DNA of 10,747 nt from Tubiluchus corallicola (taxonomy: Eukaryota > Animalia > Priapulida): the NCBI GenBank assembly GCA_030141605.1, contig JAQGDQ010002181.1:1-10747 (forward strand), written 5' to 3'. Below are positions 1 through 8,929 of this stretch, piece by piece; position 1 is the stretch's first letter, and every line of letters begins with the position of its first letter. The position numbers were made by a program, and so were the translations under genes. The notes under the pieces are model-generated. The model was not told the DNA's origin, searched no databases, and saw only the letters and a list, made by a program, of their open reading frames with translations.

Positions 1-314
1 TCAGATAATGATCTCTGTTGCAGACGATTAAAATGATAAGAAAAATCGAGTCGTGAGTTTTGCTAAGGAAGTGGTGCGTGCGAGATTACGAAAAGATTCT
101 GCCTCGATTGAGCGGAAAAACTCAACTTTCGTCTGCCATCGTGTTTTTGTTTAGCTCTTCATTCATTGTTGTGAGGTATTAAAAACGACTTTTTGAAATC
201 GCCGTGGATTTGTATCGCTATAATGAACTGGGTTTTCACTTATCGACCTCTGACCGATAAATCGGCTCATTGCAAAACCCCGTTGAAAGTTAACATGAAG
301 AAGTTCTCTGTCTG

Positions 315-557
315 ATTTCGAAAAATGTCCAATATATTATGCATATAATCTGTAACCTTTAATGCTGCCAAATACGTATATTATAAGCACACATTACATT
401 GCTTAACGTATGCATTAAAGTTAGTATTATAAAAAAACATCAGCTAAATTAGTAAAGTTAAAATTAGGATATCTAGATCTAATATCGTTTACTAGACTAC
501 ATTCGCAAATCACTGGAAATTTTGACTGGACAGCAAGTGGGTTACAATTACAAATAA
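315..557 (-). mobile_element. Degraded C-terminal remnant of a non-LTR retrotransposon ORF2 (zinc-knuckle-like region, RTE-X-like)
   Basis: Translation ICNCNPLAVQSKFPVICECSLVNDIRSRYPNFNFTNLADVF, resuming after an interruption as KVTDYMHNILDIF. It resembles from memory the CxC..Q(T/S)xxH(V)xxxC...IR..Y..F C-terminus of LINE ORF2, but the His is lost. No alignment was run. Confidence 0.45.
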
Positions 558-645
558 TGCTGGTGGTGGGTGGTGGTGGTGGTGGTGACGGTGGTGGTAG
601 TGTTGGTGATGATAGTGGTGACGGTGGTAGCATTGAGTAGTGGCT

Positions 646-693
<48 letters not shown>

Positions 694-694
694 C

Positions 695-728
<34 letters not shown>

Positions 729-729
729 T

Positions 730-802
<73 letters not shown>

Positions 803-828
803 CATTAGTAGTAGTAATAGTAGCAGTA

Positions 829-915
<87 letters not shown>

Positions 916-1010
916 CCAGCAGCAGCAGCAGCAGCAGCGGCAGCAGCAGCGGCAGCAGCAGCGGCAGCGGCAGCAGCAGCAGCGGTAGTGGTAGTAGTAG
1001 TAGTAGCAGC

Positions 1011-1063
<53 letters not shown>

Positions 1064-1122
1064 CAGTAGTAGCAGAAGCAGAAGCAGAAGCAGAAGCAGC
1101 AACAGCAGCAGCAGCAGCAGCA
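558..1122. repeat. Compound trinucleotide microsatellite (TGG)n-(TAG)n-(CAG/CGG)n-(TAG)n-(GCAGAA)n-(CAG)n, about 565 bp
   Basis: Directly visible; it explains the poly-Ser, poly-Leu and poly-Val ORFs. Confidence 0.98.
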
Positions 1123-1536
1123 ATAGATCCATAGGTTTTTTTATTGTATCATAAAAATTCTACTGTAGGTGGACCGTAGCAGATGACAGTTAAAAAACAA
1201 CAGTAGAAGCAGCATATTTATTGACTCTACGTCTTATAAAGTATCCAAAAAAAATTGCTTGTGTCTTTTTAATTTCCCACTGATTGGTTTGAGCATCAAT
1301 GCTGATTTACCTTCGTGTATAAATCTCGCATTACGACGTGGATAAAATATTAAAATATCGTAAGAATGGATCGCACGAAACCTCAAAAATTATGCCTCAA
1401 AAATTTGTCAATTTATTACGATGAACTTTTGTCTTAACTACAATGTTTCACCATTTTAATTTGTTGAACAAAAGAAAATGAGAGTTCATTCTTTTTAGGC
1501 CAACGACACGAACCCTTTTCAAGTGATTATTGAGAC

Positions 1537-1565
1537 GATGATGATGATGATGATTATGACAATGA
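1537..1565. repeat. Short (GAT)n microsatellite
   Basis: gatgatgatgatgatgattatgacaatgac. Confidence 0.8.
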
Positions 1566-2826
1566 CACCAGGGTTCACAAGCCTCTGCGACACCTGCAAA
1601 TTATGTAGCAAAGGAGACAAGTTAAATTACTGACTACGTTTGTTTCCACGGAAGGCAAAGGTAACTCGTGGTCTAATCACGGGGTTTCTGTGCTCAGCGA
1701 ATAAATTAAAGTCTTGAAATGGGTTAACAAGCGAATAAAGAAGCAAAAGCAAAGAAAACAGAATAAATAAAACAGAGTTGAATGAAACAGAGTAGAAACG
1801 CATAAACAACTGGAAAAATTGGATTAATAAGAAATTGAGTGAACAGTGTTCAAATGTTCAAAGTCTGTAAGTAAAAAATAATTATAAAGGAAATGAATCA
1901 TTAAAATTAGCGTATTGAACTAAAATTTGAATCGCTCAACACAGTTCAACAAAATTAAAAAGACTGGAGACCTTTATTCTTTCCACGTTTGAATCCAGAT
2001 CTTCTGCTAAATTCATAAAATTTCTTCTGCTCGTGAAATTTTTTATGCAGAAATGCAAACGAGAGAAGAAAATCCGAAATTTACCAAGGAGACGTGTCAG
2101 CCAATAACTTGTGAATGGAAACAAATGAAATAAATTTAAAAAAAAACTAATTTTCTTCACTGATGCTCGAACCCATGACCGTTCGCTTCCCGGGACCTCT
2201 CGCAAGACAGAATGTCTTCAGTATTTTCAGAGGTAAAAAGCTTGTTGCGTGCTAATAAATCACATCCAGCTGACCGTGATCTGTCATGCAGTGACCAGCA
2301 TGAAGTCTCAGATTGGTTGTAATTTCACTAACTGGGGCAGCTAAATTAAAAACTATCATAAATTTTCCTTTCCGCAAACTCTCTAGACAGTCATTTAGCC
2401 AGAGAAAAGGTCAACATGTTCCGAGACATTGCTTTCTTTTGACAAATTTCTTGGCGAATCGAGTCAAAAAGTTACTAGAGCAACATGCAAAACCTTTTAC
2501 AGCTAATGTCATGAAAAAGTTCATGCAGTTTAACACAAAAATGTGAGGTACAGGCAGCATTTTCAGAAACATCGGTTCAGTAAAGAAACGTTGACCAGGC
2601 CACTTCACCGACGCTTGGTCAAAAACAATCCTACCTGACGTCTTCTGTGTCCATTCCACTCGTATTGTTCTCCACCCTCCACGAGATGTCGCAGGTGAAC
2701 CACCATCGATGGAAAAATGCTAGAAAAAAGATTTCGAGGGTTAAAACTCTCCATCAGGAAGCGAGCAATATAATTATGTGCTCGAATAACTTGTAGAAAT
2801 AATGATTGTCAATTAATGATTAATTG

Positions 2827-3819
2827 TCAGGTGGGGAAAGAAATGTGCCGAAGTTTTGATCACGATATACGGCAACAATTACGGCAACAATTCTATCACT
2901 AAACAAGGAGTTCAACTTTGGAATACCCTGCCATCAAATTTAAAACAAATCAAGTCTTTTGACGAATTCAAATCAAAATTAAAAATACACACATTAAATC
3001 GATTTGAAAACCCAACATACGTAAACGATAATATATAATTCATCCGCAAATTTTATTTACCCACGTCCATTTTAAATTATATGTATATATTGTATATTGT
3101 CTATTATAATTTGCGTATAACATTACAATGTATATTTTATTTTAAATTTTTGACACAGTAGTTGTTAGTTTGCACTGGACGCATTTGCCTTTAACAATTG
3201 TGTAAATTTTATTCTCATGCTGCGATGTTCTTTTATGCTTTTATGGTTGTGAATATCGATTTTTTATGTCAGATAAAGATTATTATATATATATATTATA
3301 AGAAGAAACTAACGGAATCGCTTTAAGGTTACCATATTGATACTACAGACGTTCTACTATAAACAGCAAAACTTTTAAATAATTTTCTTAGACGGCTGCA
3401 AAGATACAGTCGTTTTAAATCAATAAGTCAAAAATTTCGTGTCTATGTTAAACTTTACAGCAAGTGCTCGCTGTGTTTTTCTTAGTAACGCATTTTTATC
3501 ATTGCTTTATTTTCTGTGTCTATGACGTAAATTTCTTTATTATTTTGCTGCCTCGTAGCCTGCTTAATGCTTCATGCGTCAGCGTGGCTATTTCTCAGTT
3601 CATGATTACAGCTGACGTTGTCCCAGCGTTTAATTTTTTAACGTGCAAAAGTTTTTTAGTAATAACTTAAAAACTAGTGTGACTATAAACGTATAACATT
3701 CGCAGCCAAATGCTAATGTGTCGGCAATATCACGCTGTGAAATTTCAACTTTGTAGGGCACTTGAATCTGATATTATTGTAATCTACAAACTTCGGCACA
3801 TTTTTTCTGCGCCACCCGA
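2827..3819. mobile_element. Non-autonomous TIR DNA transposon (Tc1/mariner-like MITE) interrupted by a LINE fragment
   Basis: Left TIR 2827-2856 tcaggtggggaaagaaatgtgccgaagttt versus right TIR 3788-3819 (reverse complement tcgggtggcgcagaaaaaatgtgccgaagttt). They share a perfect 16-bp core AAATGTGCCGAAGTTT (2841-2856 / 3788-3803). TA flanks the right end (3820-21) and TG the left (2825-26, possibly a mutated TA). No transposase ORF. Confidence 0.72.
2868..3300 (+). mobile_element. 5'-truncated LINE (CR1/L2-group): ORF2 C-terminus, 3' UTR and simple-repeat tail
   Basis: YGNNSITKQGVQLWNTLPSNLKQIKSFDEFKSKLK fits the CR1/L2-group terminal motif YG..S....G..LWN.LP..(I/L)K...S...FK..LK. Stop at 3036-3038, then an AT-rich UTR, GATAAA and a (TAT/TA)n tail at about 3272-3300. 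Confidence 0.85.
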
Positions 3820-4159
3820 TATTAGCAACCGTGTTTACTAGAAAAATGCTAGACTCTCGCTACAATAATAATGATAGAAATCAGGTAGGTGCTATGGAGA
3901 CATCATGAATGGTTTTTTTGGTTTAGTTTCACATTTTTGACCAACCCTGCCCACAGCAAAGCAGTTATAATTGTCATTATTCACCTATCTAGGCCTAACC
4001 TCAACACCTTGTGCATTATTGCATACTAATCCAGTGATTTTCTGGCCTACAGGGCCGATCAATAAAAAGCATACGTAGAATAAAATTTTACGTACAAGTA
4101 CGTTCAAACTTAGCCGCAAGGTACAGCAGTTTGAACAGTGACTTCGTGAAATTGTATCA

Positions 4160-4560
4160 TATAAAATTAGCTCATCATCAATATTAAAAAAGTAACAGCC
4201 TGGAATAGAACGTGTGATTGTATTTACAAAGAACTTACGGGGCGGTGTCATGTTCAGAGGAGAGTAGAATAAAGATGACATTCGTCAGCGACTTCGTTAC
4301 ACTTTGGCACATAGACCCTCCCCTCGAGGAATAGGAGGGGTCATATACCGCCCAGTTTCAATAGGCACTGAGTGAGCGCTTGTTCTAAGTATAGTCATTG
4401 CCAAATACAAAACACATTTACCTAACATTCCATACGATTCTAATTTAAAGGAAGTTTTAAATTTACTGTAAAAAGAACATTTTGACAATGCTAATGAATT
4501 TTTGCAATTACAAACATTACAAGCTTGTAACCTTGCTTCAGTAACATACAAAGTACTCAT
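4160..4560 (-). mobile_element. Degraded non-LTR retrotransposon ORF2 C-terminus with CCHC zinc knuckle (RTE-X-like); may extend to about 4740
   Basis: SKCSFYSKFKTSFKLESY...LRTSAHSVPIETGRYMTPPIPRGEGLC, then across frameshifts PKCNEVADECH, FILL and RKFFVNTITRSIPG. This matches the R.S.H.L.IE.GRY....PR..R.C..C....DE.HF...C pattern of LINE ORF2 ends. The clade assignment is from recall only. Confidence 0.85.
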
Positions 4561-5233
4561 CTACAGTGGCACTATATTGTTTTCTAATAAAACACAAGAT
4601 TAATATCATTTTTTTCTATATAACTTCTCTGTTAAGTGGTCCTGCACTGTTAAAATTATTATCCACAACTGAATTAAGAACCAAAAATTCTGTATATGCA
4701 TTTGACAATATGTAGCCCTAGATTTGTTTTAAATTCATTCAAAACATATTGAACATTTTAATGAAGAGAACATTCATGAATGACTGAAATATGGCATGAA
4801 CTTGCGCGAGCCTCAAGAAGAATACATAAACCAAGATGTTTGGGGATTTATAATGTCCAAGTCCTACAGTGGGTTAAACAATGACCTGCCAAACTTTTCA
4901 GATACGTCTATTGTTAGCAGCCGTAGCACGTGACTAGAATTTAATCGAGATTGAAAATGAACCAAACCTGCTTCGAGGTATTGTATTTATACAATAAAAC
5001 GACCCCATATTGCTCCGTTTGACTCCATCAATAGGGGGCTGTATTTTCATAATATTGACAGTCGGAGAGAGTTGACTTGACTTTTGAAAGGGACGGTCAT
5101 TAAAGTATTGTAACCGAACAGCAACAATTTTCTAATGCTAACAATCAGACATGAGAGAGATGGCGTCTTTTACACAAAATACCGATTAACGATTGACCCT
5201 TGATTACAGATTTAAAAGAAAACAGTAGTAGGA

Positions 5234-5586
5234 TGTTGTGTTTTGTTTCTCTCGGAAGGCTCGTAGAGAAAACCAGAAAACACTTCGTCAAATTAAACTA
5301 GTTTATTAAGCTAGAATTCTTCAACACAAAAGTATGAAGGAACGCGAAATGTTTACAGTAAATATGAAAACCTGGAAAACGTTTCTGAAAATACAAGTAT
5401 ACAAGAGAATGTGTAAGTGGCGTCCGTGTGAATCTGTGTCAGCGGCCTGCTTCAACTTATATAGGGTGCCAGGGAACATTCTAGACGTTTCTTTCTAGAA
5501 CATTCTACAAGGTAAGACGATTATTCTAACGGAACATTCTACTATGTTCTATGTAATTCTAATAGATGCCAGCGATCTCCACAACA
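5234..5586 (-). mobile_element. 3' LTR (353 bp) of a truncated LTR retrotransposon (Gypsy or BEL/Pao type, undetermined)
   Basis: Termini TGTTGTG (5234-5240) and CACAACA (5580-5586) form a 7-bp inverted repeat with TG...CA ends. On the minus strand the order is purine-rich tract ggtggcgagg abutting TG, then TATATAAG (5463-5456), then AATAAA (5307-5302), as expected for U3-R-U5. No second LTR in the window. Confidence 0.8.
5456..5560 (-). promoter_or_regulatory. LTR promoter: TATA box plus clustered heat-shock elements
   Basis: GAAcaTTCtaGAcgtTTC (5474-5491), a perfect three-unit TTCtaGAAcaTTC (5493-5505), and GAAcaTTC (5532-5539) with further TTC at 10-bp spacing (5547, 5557). All lie upstream of TATATAAG on the minus strand. 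Confidence 0.65.
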
Positions 5587-5620
5587 CCTCGCCACCGAAA
5601 TTGATGCTGTCTCCAAAGCA

Positions 5621-5824
5621 TCAGCAACGAAGTGTCCTCGGCTTAGGTATCCTCTTGGATCGTCTGGGGTTGTCGAGAAATATAAACAATAATAGCAAAA
5701 GAAGAAAAGGAGATAAGAAAAGAGCAAGCGAAGAAATCAGCAAAAATGGAGCAGAAATGAAAAACAGGAAAAGTAACAACAAGAAAACCCAACAAAAGAA
5801 CTTAAGTAAAGACTTAAGCAAGAA
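5621..5824 (-). CDS. Putative small membrane-protein ORF in the retrotransposon 3' internal region (hydrophobic stretch + polybasic tail); no ATG
   Basis: FLLKSLLKFFCWVFLLLLFLFFISAPFLLISSLALFLSPFLLLLLLFIFLDNPRRSKRIPKPRTLRC*. It is in the same sense as the LTR and stops about 35 nt before it. It is preceded by ggttttag (an in-frame stop that could be a splice acceptor). Confidence 0.35.
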   Translation of the reverse strand, partial: FLLKSLLKFFCWVFLLLLFLFFISAPFLLISSLALFLSPFLLLLLLFIFLDNPRRSKRIPKPRTLRC

Positions 5825-6623
5825 CTAAAACCTACTATGAGCAGTTGTGCTTGTCCGTCTGTCCGTCTGTCCGATAATTCTTGCAAGTATGACTAACGAG
5901 AATTACTGCAAAACCTTCGTACAAAATCATTCCAATTGAAAATGGAAAATCCTTTCACCTTCGAAAGAATGCCAAGAATTCCGCTGGACGGCTTGCTTGA
6001 CCACTCGGGTCAGCGGTGACAACTTATTCAGCAATTAGCAATAGATACAAACACAAAATCACTAGCTGACCTCGTTGACCTAAGGCTTAATTAGCAATTA
6101 ACTGCCCAGCAGTGAAAGGACGCTACTGCCCCAGGAATTCATAAATTGACCTAAAACAAATTGACCAGAAGTTCTAATTGACCAGAAGTTCTAATTCTTT
6201 CAAGTTGCCCGACAAGCTCTGGTCTGCTGGAAATGTTAGTGTAATACGAAATAAAAGCAACAGTTCCACAACACGAATATAGTGCTATTTTTCAAGTTAA
6301 TTTACAAACCTTTCAGACGTCAATACTGTATTCATCTTTAGTTAAGAAATAGCTAAACTAAATAACCAATCTTAGATTTTAATTTTAGAATTGTAAGTAC
6401 TTTTGGTAGACTATTTCTTTATTGAAAATAGGCCCGTCTCGATGTTCGAACACCTTCAAGTTAAACTCGAAATGCGTTATTATAAATGTGACGCTGCTGT
6501 TATATGGTCGCCGTTTTTATTTTGAATTTACTTTAAGTTGTCAGACGATAATATCAGTTAAAATAGTGTTATCCATAAATAATGCCCTTGACTTTAGTTA
6601 GTGTCATGGCGCATAGGGAAACG

Positions 6624-7301
6624 CAGTCAATGCAGACCAAAACTATTATATTCTTACATCGGGGTGTCTCAGAAGTCACTAAAGTCACTACAGTCAATGC
6701 AGACCAAAACTATTATATTCTTACATACGGGGTGTCTCAGAAGTCACTAAAGTCACTACAGTCAATGCAGACCAAAACTATTATATTCTTACATACGGGG
6801 TGTCTCAGAAGTCACTAAAGTCACTACAGTCAATGCAGACCAAAACTATTATATTCTTACATCGGGGTGTCTCAAAGTCACTAAACACACACAACAACCA
6901 AAACAAACACACGGGGTGTCTCAGAAGTCACTAAAGTACTACAGTCAATGCAGACCAAAACTTATATTCTTACTACGGGTGTCTCAGAAGTCACTAAGTC
7001 ACTACAGTCAATGCAGACCAAAACTATATATTCTTACATCGGGTGTCTACACAACACACAGTCAATCAGACAAAACTATTATATTCACATCGTCTCAAGT
7101 ATAAGTCACTACATCATGCAACAAACTATTATATTCTTACATACGGGGTGTCTCAGAAGTCACTAAAGTCACTACAGTCAATGCAGACCAAAACTATTAT
7201 ATTCTTACATACGGGGTGTCTCAGAAGTCACTAAAGTCACTACAGTCAATGCAGACCAAAACTATTATATTCTTACATACGGGGTGTCTCAAAAGTCACT
7301 A
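6624..7301. repeat. 68-bp minisatellite, about 11 copies
   Basis: Unit cagtcaatgcagaccaaaactattatattcttacatacggggtgtctcagaagtcactaaagtcacta. Copies start at 6624, 6691, 6759, 6827, about 6890, 6942, 7005, 7059, 7112, 7175 and 7243; the middle copies are deletion-riddled. Confidence 0.97.
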
Positions 7302-7840
7302 TACACTTTACATTTTCTATAATTTTTAATGATTTTAAGCAAAATGTTTGAAATTTGGTAGAGGTGAACTAAAACCTTTTTCCTTTTTTTAGTCAAATTA
7401 GACAAAATCTGGAAAGAACTACTGCATTAGTAGTATGCGCAAAAATTACAATCTTTTCATGGACATCAAGAACTTTAGAGACCAAACCCAATGGCAAGTT
7501 GGATACCTGCATTGAGAATGTTTCTCACAGCCTATGAGTGGAGAAAAGACTGCACCATTTTGAAAAATTACATTGCTAATAGTGAGAGACTAGTGTTGTC
7601 CATCTGGAGGTCTGTGTCCACTGAACTTCAGTTGGTGGCTGGTGGACTGCTTGCCAGCTTGATTTTGCCCCCCCCCATATAAAAAATTACTATCGTCGCC
7701 ATAGCAACGTAGATCCAGACAATAAACAAATAAAAAGAAATGCCAAAGACCGCTTTTGCTTGTAAGAACTTGACGAGATTGGAGAAAAACTTAAAAAGAA
7801 AATCAGACATCAAGCATATAGTGACTTTTGTGACACCCTG
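7280..7840. mobile_element. Tc1/mariner-type MITE (561 bp) with 24-bp TIRs and TA target-site duplication
   Basis: Left TIR 7280-7303 cggggtgtctcaaaagtcactata versus right TIR 7817-7840 (reverse complement cagggtgtcacaaaagtcactata), 22/24 identical. TA at 7278-79 and 7841-42. The CAGGGTGTC terminus is typical of Tc1/mariner. No transposase ORF. Confidence 0.92.
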
Positions 7841-8077
7841 TATTTATTGTGGAAGACGGATAATATAATGATAATGAATTTATATAAAAAAATAATAAAG
7901 AATAACTTATAGGTATAATTAGAGAGAGTTTAAAGAGTTTATTCATTTCCACATTGCATCTTACAATTATCATTAAAATACAGATAATTATCCATTTAAG
8001 TAAATATAAATATATATTTACAAGATTAATATAAAATAAATAATTAGTAATTACAAGACTATTATAGGTTTACGTAC

Positions 8078-8226
8078 TCGTGTTGTATCTCTTTTTTCTG
8101 TTGGTCTTCATCTCATTGGCTTCAGATATTTTGTCAGGGAAACCACATCGAGGCTCCTTCATCTTTCTCACAGTCTGTCTTGTCAACGCTCCAGAAACTG
8201 GCAAGCCGGACATTTTCTGAAAGTCT
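8078..8226 (-). CDS. MMP: Matrix metalloproteinase (M10A) propeptide exon with cysteine switch and furin site: DFQKMSGLPVSGALTRQTVRKMKEPRCGFPDKISEANEMKTNRKKRYNT
   Basis: Acceptor ttttcattcgctttacag|A, 149 nt (1+49 codons+1), donor |gtacgt (an alternative gtaaac lies 4 nt further on). Contains FQxxxGLxxSG, the PRCGxPD cysteine switch and the RxKR-Y proprotein-convertase site, all diagnostic of MMPs. Confidence 0.95.
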
Positions 8227-8260
8227 CTGTAAAGCGAATGAAAATGTGGTAAAACGTGAA

Positions 8261-8929
8261 ATGAATTTGAAGTACTATGAAGTACTTATTTACCTTGGAA
8301 TCTAGAGTTTCATCACACACAACTATTTTTCTGTTCCTAGATGAATTTGAATTACTATGAAGTACTTATTTACCTTAGAATCTAGAGTTTCATCACACAC
8401 AACTATTTTTCTGTTCCTAGATGAATTTGAATTACTATGAAGTACTTATTTACCTTAGAATCTAGAGTTTCATCACACACAACTATTTTTCTGTACCTAG
8501 ATGAATTTGAATTACTATGAAGTACTTATTTATCTTAGAATCTAGAGTTTCATCACACACAACTATTTTTCTGTACCTAGATGAATTTGAATTACTATGC
8601 AGTACTTATTTACCTTGGAATCTAGAGTTTCATCACACACAACTGTTTTTCTGTACCTAGATGAAATTGAATTACTATGAAGTACCTATTTACCTTAGAA
8701 TGTAGAGTTTCATCACACACAACTATTTTTCTGTACCTGAATTACTATGAAGTACTTATATTTACCTTAGAATGTAGAGTTTCATCACACACAACTATTT
8801 TTCTGTACCTGAATTACTATGAAGTACTTATATTTACCTTAGAATCTAGAGTTTCATCACACACAACTATTTTTCTGTACCTAGATGAATTTGAATTACT
8901 ATGAAGTACTTATTTACCTTAGAATCTAG
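8261..8929. repeat. 80-bp intronic minisatellite, about 8.5 copies
   Basis: Unit atgaatttgaattactatgaagtacttatttaccttagaatctagagtttcatcacacacaactatttttctgtacctag. Copies start at 8261, 8341, 8421, 8501, 8581 and 8661; shortened copies at 8739 and 8811; a partial copy at 8885. Confidence 0.98.

Noticed and set aside
548-1154. Poly-Leu, poly-Ser and poly-Val ORFs of 164-194 aa
   Set aside because: Translations of the microsatellite; no unique coding sequence or splice context.
1450-1600. Possible minus-strand exon after ttgcag (1593) reading ...CHCHNHHHHH...
   Set aside because: The His run comes from the (GAT)n repeat; no MMP similarity, and it ends in a stop.
2160-2210. Pol III B-box-like GGGTTCGAGC on the minus strand (tRNA or SINE head)
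   Set aside because: No A-box or cloverleaf could be built; at most a SINE relic.
2411-2659. ORF containing VKWPG as a candidate first MMP catalytic exon
   Set aside because: No LTY/W motif or other catalytic-domain residues follow the KW.
5853-5873. GTCCGTCT repeat reminiscent of DINE-1/Helentron microsatellites
   Set aside because: Only about 2.5 units, and no subterminal inverted repeats or 3' hairpin were identified.
6265-6273. TCCACAACA matching the LTR terminus, as a possible second LTR end
   Set aside because: Similarity stops at 9 bp, there is no PBS, and the flank does not match the tagga next to 5234.
6624-8929. 68-bp and 80-bp arrays as CRISPR arrays or hammerhead-ribozyme satellites
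   Set aside because: Units are wholly repeated with no unique spacers, there are no cas genes and the context is eukaryotic. No CUGANGA/GAAA core with supporting stems.
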